64,000 bases of DNA from NCBI GenBank assembly GCA_040285825.1, contig JAUPSS010000004.1, positions 3,665,658 through 3,729,657 of the forward strand, given 5' to 3'. The notes under the pieces were generated by a model. That model was not told the origin of the DNA, ran no database searches, and was given only the letters and a program-made list of their open reading frames with translations. The position numbers and the translations under genes were made by a program. The stretch comes from Eukaryota sp. TZLM1-RC (Eukaryota > Protista > Metamonada: BaSk clade). The first letter of the stretch is position 1. Every line of letters starts with the position of its first letter. Below, piece after piece: positions 36,125 to 48,511 of the stretch.

Positions 36125-36670
36125 TTAACAATCCTCTACATGGACAGTTTCCTTTGAAAATTCTGGAAGAATACTGGAAAAAACGTCTTCCTCTCTTAAA
36201 TCAAGATCAGGTACCAGACACCAATGTTTATTGTAATGGAACTCATCCAATATACCTTCAGCAGGGGTATCAACGTTACAATCTTGAACTAACTCGACCT
36301 CACCTCCTGAAGAGGTACATAAGATCATGTTTGTCTCATGTAACTGAAATTGAACAGTGGTGGTGTAATTGAGGTTACGATAAGCTTCAACGACATCCAT
36401 GTTCCAAAGAGCAGCACTGTCTTTATTCTCTGATAGAGACAGGGAAGAGGTAAGATAAAGAGGAATGTCGAGTGAAGCGTCAATGCAACATAAGCGGTAA
36501 AGAGAGTTTGAACCATCTTCTTCAACTTTCCAGAGTGTTCCATCAGCTTCTAGTGAATCAATTTGAACATTTTGGTTGGAATTAACTGACAAGGACCTAC
36601 ATGCACCATCAAAGCTGCATCGACTGGCCACTGTAATAAAATAACCTGTTTCAGAAAGAGGAAGATCCAT
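36125..36670 (-). CDS. Hypothetical protein, possibly beta-trefoil fold
   Basis: 181-aa ORF with three spaced W-containing repeats (TLWKV, ALWNM, KHWCL). Confidence 0.6.
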   Translation of the reverse strand: MDLPLSETGYFITVASRCSFDGACRSLSVNSNQNVQIDSLEADGTLWKVEEDGSNSLYRLCCIDASLDIPLYLTSSLSLSENKDSAALWNMDVVEAYRNLNYTTTVQFQLHETNMILCTSSGGEVELVQDCNVDTPAEGILDEFHYNKHWCLVPDLDLREEDVFSSILPEFSKETVHVEDC

Positions 36671-36763
36671 TCTTGAAAATACTGTCTATAACAATGGAAT
36701 AAGTGTCCTTTGCACCAATGTAGAGGGACTGAGTTTTTGAGAAGTGGAAGATTTTCTCCTCAA
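36668..36763 (-). ncRNA. Orphan Fanzor family A 3' end, ending at the ATG of 36125..36670
   Basis: Reverse complement GGAGAAAATCTTCCACTTCTCAAAAACTCAGTCCCTCTACATTGGTGCAAAGGACACTTATTCCATTGTTATAGACAGTATTTTCAAGAATG. Confidence 0.7.
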
Positions 36764-36769
36764 ATTTAC

Positions 36770-37100
36770 TGTGATTTGCTAATTAGGTCGACATTCAACA
36801 TTTACTCAAACTTGCAGAGTCTTAAGACAACAAAATATGAAGCCCTTCTACAACGTCTCAATGGAGCAAGAGGAAGAAACATCAAATTTGTCTCAATTGC
36901 TATTTCAATTTTTTTCCATTGGAACTGAAGGTCTCAATTTTAGATGATTTAGGAAAACTTTTCAAAGAAAGTGGTCATACATTCGATTTTCTGTTTGGAA
37001 AGAACAGATTAATATTTTCGTTATTGAAAGTCCTTCCTCGTTTCATTAACTCCATTTTGAAGAACATCACAGAGTTTTGAAACAAGTCAGTTGCTATGCA
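36770..37100 (+). mobile_element. Fragment of a CRE-like 3' region
   Basis: KTTKYE...KFVSIAISIF...FLDD...KNRLIFS resembles the C-terminus of 20733..21584. Confidence 0.6.
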
Positions 37101-37249
37101 AATGAATAGCGAAAATCTCCGGTCATTCAATTAATGGGATTTGAGTGGGTAAAAGCATTAGTTAAGGTTTTTGGTTGAGTTTTAAAATGTGACTTTTCCA
37201 GGAGTGTAATTTACAATTCAGGTGCTTACACTCAATTTCGCAACGCCCA

Positions 37250-38900
37250 CCCACCAGTATCTCAAGTTGCAAATCAACAGTAAGAGAGTTGTAGTAACAC
37301 ACTACGGTGTAGTTTTTTCAACGAGGACTACAAAGTCAACATCGAAGGTCATACCCTTGTGGATACAGGGTGATCTTCCGATGGCTCATTCCGATCAGGA
37401 CAGATCAGGGCTATGCGTATCCCAAGGTTGTCGCTTAAAAATATTCATCATCATTGTTAAATAACCATCAGTGTTCATTGTTCATTGTTGTTTCTTATTA
37501 CCTACTTATACACGGCAGGCAAGCACAGTGTTGTGTTGATGACTCTGCTCACTTTGAAATGCAAATATTCTTTGCGCTGACATATCTTTGTCATACATCT
37601 GATGGCATACTGAATAAAATTTTTATTGTCATACTAGAATTCTGCTTCAAGATGGCAGCAGTATGAGAATTCACTGGTTCCGAATTCATTTGTCATCAGC
37701 ACTATGATTTTCTTTTGGCTCTTCAGCCTGGCAATGAAGCAGCGAGCAACTATAGATCGTTCTACTTTTCTGAAGTGGCTAGAAAATTTCGAGGATCCGA
37801 GAGCTAAATACAGCGTTCTTAATACCCTATTGCTCTTTTAAACTTATTCAATGCCTCTCTGAACCGACTTTTTCTTCTTCTACAGTTATCTAACTGTTCG
37901 TACTTTCACTTGTCACGATTTCCTTCCCTGTATACTCTATTTTTGATCAGCTTCCAATGATTCATTTATAATTTCAAACTATGAACTTAATACCGACAGG
38001 GAAAAATTTTGTGAGGTAAAGGTTTTGTTTTGAAGTTTCTTGAAGTTGGACAAAGATTAACGCCATCCCCAAATTCACCTCAAAAACCTAATAAGCGTTG
38101 TCCCGGATCAACTCCAATTACAGAATAATTTGCATTGTGCTCAAAGGGAGGTGGTTCTGCGGACCTTCCAGGTGTCTTTTTCTTTGCAGCAGTCTTCACT
38201 TCAAGATTTTCAGCGATTTTATTGGCAGCCGAATCATTGCTTATCTCTGCTTTGGTTCTCCTAGTCCTTGGTGTTCTTTCTTTCAAATCAGAAAAGGTAA
38301 CTAAATCCCGGTACCATTAGTTCTAATTGTTACCTTACTGTACTTCGTTTTTTCATCAACATTATTGATACCAAAAAATGGATGAGAACAAGTTTTAGAT
38401 TCACAAGTTTTTAGATTCTTTCGGATTTTAATCAGTAAAATAAATAGAACCATAGCTCTGATTTTCTACAATATAAAATTTGCACTGCTTCCGAAATTTG
38501 AGGCCACTAACTTGTAAAAATTGAGCCTTGTGGAATGCCAGTGGCATGATTTTAAATCTCCGCCAACAGAAGGAAAATGTCCTACTTCTATAGTTAAATC
38601 TTCGGATATTGACTCCATTATATTGAGTCGCATATTGACCCCCATTAGGTCAAAAATTTGATGAGTACAGCGCTCCACTTGATTAAACCCCGTCAATACT
38701 TCTTGCACAATGGGAAACTCGTCAAAAAGTTGTTTCAAATAGTACCGAACCTGAAACATTACTCTTTTTGTAGAAAAGTAATCGAATTGGAGGTTTAAAT
38801 AAACCTGTATACTGAATTTCAAATTAGTACGTTGGTTTGAAACCAAATATAAAAATTAATTTTGGAATTTGGTAATAGAATCCAGTGCCCTACAATAAGC
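37250..38900 (-). pseudogene. Highly degenerate Fanzor/TnpB-like relic
   Basis: VIGVDPGQRLL (38080..38286) and downstream NEFGTS (~37670-37690, minus strand) in RuvC-I then RuvC-II order. Confidence 0.5.
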
Positions 38901-41039
38901 CTTTATACAATTCTTCAACCAAACTAAACACATTTTTGGTAGATACGACTTGAAACTTGAGACAAGGTTTTTTGACCGTATATATAAATAACTTGTGCTT
39001 TTTTAGACATCAACCAAAAAGCTGTTGTTTGATGTCACCCAATTATAAAAAATGGATAAAATTGTTGACTGATGATATTGATTTCTTCATCATAATGGAC
39101 CCTTACAACAATATAAGCTTCTCGGGAGTTAAAATTGGTTTCTTCTGGCATAAACATCAAAGGACCATTGTAAAAAAATTAAGCAGCTGTCTTTGCCTTT
39201 TTGAGGTACTGATGTTCGGAACATGTCCTTTTTTTGTTATATTTATAAAAAGACATCAAACATCAGATTCCAGTACAGCTCGCCCACATAGAGGAAAGTC
39301 CAGAAAAAATAGTTATTTCAATCACTTTTGAAATGCCAATTGAGATGGCTTCCAGTGCGCTGAGTGTGAGCAGAGAGTTGAGAGCACAGAACCGGGTAAA
39401 CACCTTCTTTGCTACTCTTTCTGTTACAACAGTGCGTTCCAGGGTACGTAGCGAACTCACTGAACCAAGTGGGCTAGAACAATCAGCTGCATGTTCTTCA
39501 GTTTTTTTCATCAAGTCGTTCCCATTTATAGAGAAGTTTGCGTGTGGTGGACCAGGCGGAACACCATGACCAGTGCCACCAACATGGTCAGCAGCTCCTT
39601 GTTCCGCCCTCTGAGGGCAAGTACGTTAGTTATTTCCTTCAACTCCGAAGAAGCAACACCACAAAATGAAAGACAATCAAAATTAATTAACTGTATTCTG
39701 CCTTTTACATTCGAAATATATTTGTCTTGAAAGTGTCTTTTTGGACATAAGTTTGCCAGAATAGATTATTAAATGTACATCTATCGAAATAGTAGACTTC
39801 TACTTATTTTCTCTCTTATAAGTAGTGTAATGTGTCGCAGATGTCGGTTGTTGGGTTTCAAGTGGCTTGATATCAGTTTCCTAATTCAAAAATAGACTTC
39901 TTACTTCTATTTACATTCACCTGGACATCTGAAGGTCCGTACCTTCAACAACTGGCTTCAATAAATAATGTTTACAATTATTCTTGCCAACTACCTGATG
40001 TTATTTGAATGTGAGGATCGTGGAGATTGTGGCTTTGTACCTGCAAGGGTTTCATCTGAACGCCCCATTTCTATTGTCTCCATTTCTTCCTCTGCTATAA
40101 CATTTGAGACAGAGCTACCTTTTTTTGTAGCTTACCCTTTCTTTGTTCAACAGGCAGAGGGAATCTAACCCCATTTGTACGATATTATTTATTCTCCTAA
40201 ATGTACTTCTCCAATTATCAACCTTGTTCTCACTCTCTCCACCACAAATTAACCTCAAGAATCCCACAAGTACTTCACAAAAGTTGATGAAATTTTCAAG
40301 CAGCCATTTCCTCATATTGAAACCGCACTTCTCGATACAGTTACTGTTTCCTCATTGGTAATTATATCTCTTTCACTGCAGAACTTTTGCAGTCGACAAC
40401 TCCTAGTTCAGATATAGACGATCTGATCAAGGATAAAAGTTCTTGGAATCAGTTTGGAATAATGCACTTAATGGTATGGAAAAGTCTCAATCATTGGTTC
40501 TTGCGTTTCTATTTTTCAGTTTCCTTTTATTTTGTTCAGTGTTGCATTTTCAATTTAAACTTCACATTGTATTTGACCCATGTTGTTATAGAGTCCCCAT
40601 TAAAAACAATCTGTGTTTACTATTAATATATTTGTATATAAGAATATTCAAATAAAACTTTGTGTTAAACTGTCAAGCGTTTCAACATCTAATACTTTGC
40701 GCAGTGATTATTTCTCAACTTCTGTAGCTCTTTAGAATTACCAGGCGTGTGTGGAAGAGATAAAATATTTTGTCTTCTTATGTGATTTGAAGGTCAGACG
40801 TTTGCAAATAGTCAATTCATCACACTCTTCCTCCACAATTTAATTGGATACTTGGAACAATCTGGATGAGGCTTAACCTCGTTAGCAGGGGTACGTGAAG
40901 TAACATTGATCACTGAAGATAAGTTTCTGGGTGTTTAAAAGGGATGTTGAACCAGAGAATCCTGGAAAACAGGCTTTTGGGAGGATCATTACGAAGATGA
41001 AGTGAAGACGTTTTAGATAACATTAATTTGACTGTGAGT

Positions 41040-44000
41040 TGATGATCTGTGGGGGTTAGACATTGAGTATACCTTAAATGTAATTAGATTTATTACAAGG
41101 GAATGAGGATTTCCCTTAACTTAAGCGCATGGGCGCAATAATACAATAACTATTAATAAACTATAAATAAACTATTATAAATATTATCCAAGGCTAACAC
41201 TGCCCTTTCTTCTTTTCGAGCGTCGAGGCCTGATAGGAGTTGGATTAACATTATTGTTAATATTATCAGAACGACGTTTACGGCGTGAAGGACGAGAGCG
41301 AGTATTAGAAACAGACTTGGAGAATTCTTTATAGGCAGAGGTGTTTTGAACAGTCGAAACCAGCTCAGTGGTAATATGATTGCCAGGCCATTGGACTTGA
41401 CAGTAATCACCATCCTGACTGAGGACTTTCTGGATCACGTGCTCTTCTGCATCACCAGCGGCAACCCAGGAGTGAAATTCATCATCAGCTGGTAAACTGG
41501 AATGCCAAGGTTGGAGGTGCTTCACACTGGCTTTAACAACCATACCAGTACACAGGTTCTTGATGTCAGCTGTGGAGGTAGAGGGTGTGTCAATAACTAA
41601 GAATGGTCCTTTGTAGTTACCATGTAACTTAGCAGTGGAAGACGAAGCTCGTTTGACCAATTGGCCAGGAGAGAAAGGGTTGGCTTCGATTTGGGAATCA
41701 CGAGGAGGAGCCTTGGAAGCTTGACGGAGCTCTGCTTCCTCCTGTTTCTTCTTCAATCTGGCAAATTTGGATTGAATGTTGTTGATGTAGGTTGACTCAG
41801 ACGTTGAGCTTTCGAGGGTCTCTATGATTTTTGCCGGGGTCAGCTCTTGGGCTAAAAATCTGAACCAAACATGAGCTCGTATGGAGAGTAACCTGTAATC
41901 GAACTCTTGGATGAGTTGATTAACAATTGTACATAGGGTATGTACTCTGACCATGCGTCGTAGGCGTTAAAATCTACGAGCAGCTTCCTCAAATTCTGCA
42001 AAATGTCACGGTGACGGCGTTCGACTAAACCGTTGGATTGAGAGAAGTGAGGGACGGACTTTGAGACCTCTATGCCCAAAAACTCACATAGAGCGTCGAA
42101 GACAGCTTTAGAGAACTCAGGACCGTTGTCACTATGAACTATGAACGGAATCCCGAATATCGCGCATACCTTCCATATGAGAGCGTCAGCAGTAAGGTTG
42201 GCGTTGAGTTCTTTGAGAGGGACTATGATAGTGAACCTCGTGAAGCTATCCACAAATACAAGAATGTATCTGTGGCCGTCTTGATCTTCTGGAAGAGGAC
42301 CAATGACGTCGACGTTAACTCTTGCGAATGGTCTGTCAGCCCACAAGGAACCAGTTGTAGGGACATGCAGTTTGGGGACTGCTGCTGTCTTCTGACAGGA
42401 GGGGCATTCTTGGACGTGCTTGGTCATGTCTGAAAGCATGTTAGGCCACCAGTAGTCGCTGTTCTTGAGTCTGAGGAGACTTTCTGCCTTACTGGGGTGG
42501 CCACCTTGCGGGAGTCCATGTAGAAGGTTAAGCGTATCCTTAACCAGTGATTGAGGAATCACGATCTTGTGCTCTGGAGTCGGATAAAGATCTAGACGAC
42601 TATCCAAAGTACAGTTGTTGAACGAGGTGTCCTGGTTAGCGAGGGCTCGCTTTTGTTCGGACCTGATCTTGCAGAGCCATGGCTCGAAGAGTGGAAGGTC
42701 ATTGGAGCATTTGTCTTGAAGGATGAGCACCTTCTCAAATGTATGGAGATCTTCAACGAAGCATCTCTCTGACTCAGTTTCGTCAATCCTATTTGTGTAG
42801 TAGATAGGGTGAAACTCTTGGTCATTAGAATGTACCAGATGGTTGATGGTATGATTGTCTTGGGGCGGTACTATCCTAGATAGCATGTCTGCCCAATGGT
42901 TCTCTTCCCCTTTTGTATGAACTATGTCGAATAGGAACTCAGAAAAGATGGGAAGCCGCCTTCTGACTATTCTGTTTTTGTTCGGAGCGGTAAGCATGTA
43001 AGTAAGGTTTTGGTGATCTGTGAAAATGATCAGACGCCTTCCTTTGAGGTAGTTCTCGAAGCCACTTTCGGTAAGCATGAGAAGGATAGCATAGAGCTCT
43101 TTCTGTACCGTGGGCCAGTTCTGCTGGGAGTTAGTCAACAATCTGCTGAAGAAGCTGATTGGTCTACATTTCCTATTGAGTAAGGAAGTACCAGGGTCCT
43201 TAGTGGGTTCTATTTGTTCCCAAATCACGCCGCCAGCTGCTATATCAGAGGCATCACAACTTATTAGTACTTGGTTATCTACTGGAGGTAAGTTGAGAGG
43301 CATGTGCTCCGCGATCAGACGTTTGATTTCGGCTAAATGGTAGTCGTGCGTGTCTTTCCACTGCAAGCGACGTGGTTTGCCATGTGTTAATTTGATGATC
43401 GGGGCAACATGCTTGGTTACCTGGGGAAGCCATTCCCTAATGAAGTTGACTGAGCCGATAAGGCTACGGGCGTCTTTCACAGTCTTAGGTCTGGGAAGAT
43501 TCAGTAAAGACTCTGTGCGTGTAGGATCTATGGTCCTGGTTTTGTGTTGGAATCTGCTACCAAGGATCTTTATTGGGTGTCTAGAGGACACAAAATGGCA
43601 CTTGGGCAGTCCAAGGCTAACTCTACGGGTTCGAGCCTTCTCGAGGACACGTCTTAGACGTCCGAGGAACTCGTTGAAAGTTCTACCTACTATAATGTTG
43701 TCATCTATATAGATGAATACACCGTCTCCGGAGAAGATGTCTGCCATAACGTTCTGGAAAACTGCAGGAACGTTCTTGAGGCCGAAAGCAGCACGTTTAA
43801 ACATGATACTTTTGCCAGGGATGCTTAAGGCAGTCTTCTCCCGGTCCTTTTCTGCAATCTTTAGTTGCCAAAAGGCTTTGGGGAGGTCAAGGGTACCGAT
43901 GAAATTGGCTTCCGAAAGGAAGACTAACACGTCGGATATTCTGGGGAGATTAGGTTCAACGGGAATAGTGTTGGCGTTGACTCCGTCCTTGCCGCTGTAA

Positions 44001-47000
44001 TCACCAGTAAGGCGAGGCTTACGATGATCAGGGTATACCACAAGACATACTGGAGAGCTGAACTCATGGTTCGATGGTACAGCAAATCCAGACTCGACGA
44101 GTTCATCGAAGATCTGTTCGGCGACTTTCTGCTTCTCGGGGTTTAACCTACGAGGGGGTCGTCTGACTCGAATACTTTCATCATGAAAGTTGATCTCCAT
44201 TGGAGGACAGTCAATCCCATCAGCATGCGGCTTAAGGGTGAATGTCTCTTCGAACTCTTTCAAGGTTAGAAGTAAGGTCTTCTTGTCGTTATCACAGTCG
44301 AGGTTAATAGTACAACCAGAAGACTGTATGTGCTCCAACCAACGTCTGGGGACGTTGACGACATCTGAGACTTGGGAGATTCGATGGTCGAATTCAGCCT
44401 CAGGCAGAAGTAATGTACGATGTTCCTCATCCATCTTGATGAAGAGGCCTTCATCGTTCAATAAGCCTAGGTGATGCAACAGGTCTCTACCAATTAGTAA
44501 CATATTGTTGCCAGGAATGATGGCCAAGCTATGTTTCACGTGTACTAGTTGGGTTACACTACCGAGTCTGAAGCTCAGTGTGCCTTCTGCTGATCCTAAA
44601 GACTTCGACATGATGTTGTTTGCAGACTTAAAGTTTATGCAATGGTTAGTCTTTACCATGTTGCATCTTTCTGCTAAATCAACAGTGATGACTGATATCG
44701 AAGCTCCAGAGTCGATGATCCCTTCTATTTCGCAGTTATTTATTGAAAATTTCAATTTTAAATTTTTGCGTGCGACATCTGAGGTGCGAACCATGAAGAT
44801 ATCGCTGTGGGACTCTGAGTCTGGGTTCGAGTCGAACTCATGATTGAAACAGGGTTTATTTGGTGTTTCTATCGTTGTAGCTGTTTTAAAATTCCGGGTA
44901 GTCAAAGGATTAGTTAAACACTTAATCCACTGGTTGGAGACTGAGGTTTGTTTTATGTTTGGTGTTTTACGTGCTGGAGAGCTGTCTTGCTCTATAGTAA
45001 ACAAGGAACATTTGTTTGAACGTTGCTTTGATGTATTACCTGTTGGAGAGCTATCTTGCTCTATAGTAAACATTGAATATTTATGGGAACGTTTATTACT
45101 ACTAGAAGGGCCCTTGCCTCTTCCTCTACGTCTACCTCTGCCTCTACTACTACTATTACTACTACCCCTAGCCAAATATGCTCGAACGGCATCTGGGTTG
45201 GCATCTCGCCATTGCTTGGATCGCTGGCAATCAGGGTCGGGACATTCGTTAATAGAGTGGCCTGGAAAACCACAGAATCTACAGAGACCAGCTTTATCTC
45301 TTTCTTTCTTAATTTGCGACTTGCTCCTTTTGGTGAGTTGAGCAGGGGCGACGCTGGAACCCGCAGGCTTAAATTTGCCTATTCTTTTCTTGTCCTTTGG
45401 GTTTGCTCTAACATAGTGACCCATATGTTGTTGATAGCTGTCACTGATATTGGCCCTTTGCTCGTCATAGGATCTTGCTGAACACCAACTCATGTATTCA
45501 GCAGCAAGGATGTCGACAAATTGTTGTAAAGTATGGTGTTGCCAAACATTGGGTGTGGACCATACTGTTCTCAGGTTGTCACTGATGGCCTGAATACCAA
45601 CAGAATCGATCATATGGGTTGCAATTTCCCAGTTTTGAATGCGCTGTAGGAAATGTTGACCATACAAGGCACGGTCGCTTGCCCTGACGTCAGAAATGGC
45701 GGTAATTCGTGAAACTGTTCTCATTAGCCTCACAGTGAAGTCGCCCCAGCGATTCCTAAAGTCCTGAATATTCCAATTTATCTGAACTCTATATAACTGA
45801 TTCCTCGCCGTTTCTAAAGTACTATACTGGCTGAGGTGTAAAATTGATTCCCATATTTGCTCCTCATTAATGTTGTCGATAGCTGAGATACTATCAGACA
45901 TAGACGAAAATCTGCCTTGAGCTCTCAGAGCAGCTAAGCACTCTGGAGTAACGCAGGAGGCAATCCTACGAGGGTCGACTTGAGCAGCAGCTCTGAATCG
46001 GTCCCCACTCGTGGAGGGGTTACCATATCTCTGATTGAGAGGGAGGTTCCGGTTTTCTCTGCTTATGGATTGAGGAGTGGCAGGAGGACGAGAACGTTCC
46101 TCAAGTTGCCTTCTTAATTCAGACACTTCTCTTGCTAGTCTGACTTGAGTAGGATCAGATTCATTGATATCTCTCTCTTCAATGGTCCTCTCAGTCCTAG
46201 CATACAGAATAAATCTGTCGATGAATTTCAAGATCCTTACAGGGTCAGAGATATCGTTGGCTTCCAGGGTGGGTTTTCTAGGACGACCACCTCTTTGTCT
46301 ATCTCTATCTCTATCTTGTGAACTCGCCATAGCTTCCATCAGTAGAGTGTTGGAAAACTGGGGAGCTGTGGGAGTGTTAGAAGGAGTTGCTCCTAGGAGC
46401 CTAGGGTCCTGAGGAACCTGGGAAGGAGTTGATGGATCCTGAGATTGGACAACTACAGGTTGTTGCACTGTCTCAACAGTGTCAGTAGTTGCCATCGGCT
46501 CATCTTGTTGTTGGTCATCCTGAGGCTCAATGCTCAAAGATGAGAAAACTGTGTCTGTCTCAACTGGGTCAGGCTCAGAAGTTCTCAATTCTACTGGGTC
46601 ATGATCACTCGGATAGTAACTTTGCACATTACCATCGATATTGACCCACAGAAGAGAACTAGAATTGGTGACGCCAATGTTCTCCTGTACATTCATCAGG
46701 GCATCCCTTAAAGGCCTATTCCTTCTATGCTCCGGACCAAAATATGACGCACAAAGGTCAGGTCTGCGGTCTTGAAGGTACAATCTTTGGTAGTTCGTAG
46801 TGTAAGTGTACCACCATCCAGTCCTGAAATCTCTGTTGATATAAATATCAAGAGAGGCATTGTATCCAGGGCTAAACCTGGGGAAAGGACATGGGTTACA
46901 TCGGTTGAGGAAGAGATTCAGCTCATCACCAGCGAAGATCCTCTGTACACCTTCACGAGGAGTTCTGAACCCTCCAACAGTATCCCGTTGAGGATAAATT

Positions 47001-48511
47001 GGAGGAGGGTCACAACGAACCGTAAGATTGTCTACTTCCTCCGTTGGGAAGTAGGGGCCAATTCTTCTGCGTATCCTAAAGCCGTGATCATTAACCACTT
47101 CTGGACCCCAAAATGGGGGTAAAGCAGCAATGAGTTCATTGGGAGGAATCGATGCAGGATCTCCTTGCATTAACTCAATACCAGCATTGAGAACTAAAGT
47201 TTGAGCTTCAGTCCTCTGCTGGGTAGAGATGAAAGGAGAATCTGATTCCTGGGGCTGGCTTGGGGCTTGATAGGTGTTAGGCTGTGCAGCACTAAGCACC
47301 TGCCAAGCAGCAGGAACAGAAGAAACAACGTGACCTTGCTGAGGAGTCTGGCCAGAGGTTGGGGGAATATGAATTACTCCTCTAGTAGGGACTCCCGAAG
47401 GAGGAACAGATGGAGTTGAATGGACTTCTGTAGGAGCTACCGTAGTAGGAGCAGAAGTATTAGGAGGACCTGCTACAGGAACTTCTCGAGAAGGAGTAGT
47501 AGGATTAGAGTTACCAGCAGGGACTGCAGGAGGAGCTGGTTGTTGCGGAGGGCTGCTTTCCATAGGAACTTCCCTAGAAGGAATGGAAGGAGCTTGTTGT
47601 CCTTCCCCAGGAGCTTCCGTAGAAGAAGTAGAAGGAACTTGTTGTCCTTCCCCAGGAGCTTCCGTAGAAGAAGTAGAAGGAACTTGTTGTCCTTCTCCAG
47701 GAGCTTCCGTAGAAGAAGTAGAAGGAACTTGTTGTCCTTCCCCAGGAACTTCCGTAGAAGAAGTGGAAGGAGCAACAGGAGCGCAAACAATAGGTGAAGA
47801 GGGAGGCTCTACCCTCTTGAGCTTCAACAGCTCAGATATCTTGTTGCTGGCCGAGTCAGGATCAGTCTGGTTGATGATATACTTCAGATATTCATCTAAA
47901 GTACTGAACTGTTCAGGACCTAAAAGGGAATCTTCAACCTCTCCTTCAGAACCAGGGGAGGAGAAAGAGGTACAAAGTTTTCCACATTAGAGGGAGGAAC
48001 AGGAAGACTGATAGGAACCACAGGAACGTCATCCGTAGATGGAGTGGAACCTTGACCCGAGGGTAGAGAGGAAGTATCACTTCTCTCGCCACCAGAGGGT
48101 TGTTCTGTTCCCAACTGAGGAGTTTGGGAGGAAGAACTTGTAACATTGGGTTGTGTAACAGAATCTCCGGAGGGAGGAGTTAACACAGGAGGAGGAGAAG
48201 CATTGCTTCCCTCGGACCCAGTTGACAAGGGTTGTTCTGGTCCCGACTGAGGAGTTCGGGAGGAAGAACTCGAAGAGTGAGACGTAGGAGGATCAGTCCT
48301 AACAGTCTCGGAGTTGTCATTGGAACCACCCAAAGGTGATCCAATACGTATTGATGATCTGTGGGGGTTAGACATTGAGTATACCTTAAATGTAATTAGA
48401 TTTATTACAAGGGAATGAGGATTTCCCTTAACTTAAGCGCATGGGCGCAATAATACAATAACTATTAATAAACTATAAATAAACTATTATAAATATTATC
48501 CAAGGCCAACA
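41040..48511 (-). mobile_element. Full-length Ty3/Gypsy LTR retrotransposon, chromovirus-like
   Basis: 160-bp LTRs (41040-41199, 48352-48511), TG...CA, one mismatch seen; 4-bp TSD GAGT; PPT AAAAGAAGAAAGGGCAG; gag-pol 41852..47827 with CCHC, DSG, YIDD, DASD, HHCC and DDE; chromodomain-like tail in 41184..41954. Confidence 0.97.
47585..47772 (-). repeat. Four 45-bp tandem repeats in gag (PSTSSTEAPGEGQQV)
   Basis: Visible in both DNA and translation. Confidence 0.95.

Noticed and set aside
38957-40980. Short ORFs between the Fanzor relic and the Gypsy LTR
   Set aside because: No recognisable domains; probably decayed elements or spurious frames.
41830-41860. Programmed frameshifts in Gypsy pol (also at ~47955) and in Fanzor at ~300
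   Set aside because: All fall in homopolymer runs, and the paralogous copies read through at 41850 and 300; assembly indels or mutations are more likely.
42134-47990. Plus-strand ORFs overlapping gag-pol, and similar shadow ORFs elsewhere
   Set aside because: Antisense shadows of a long coding frame.
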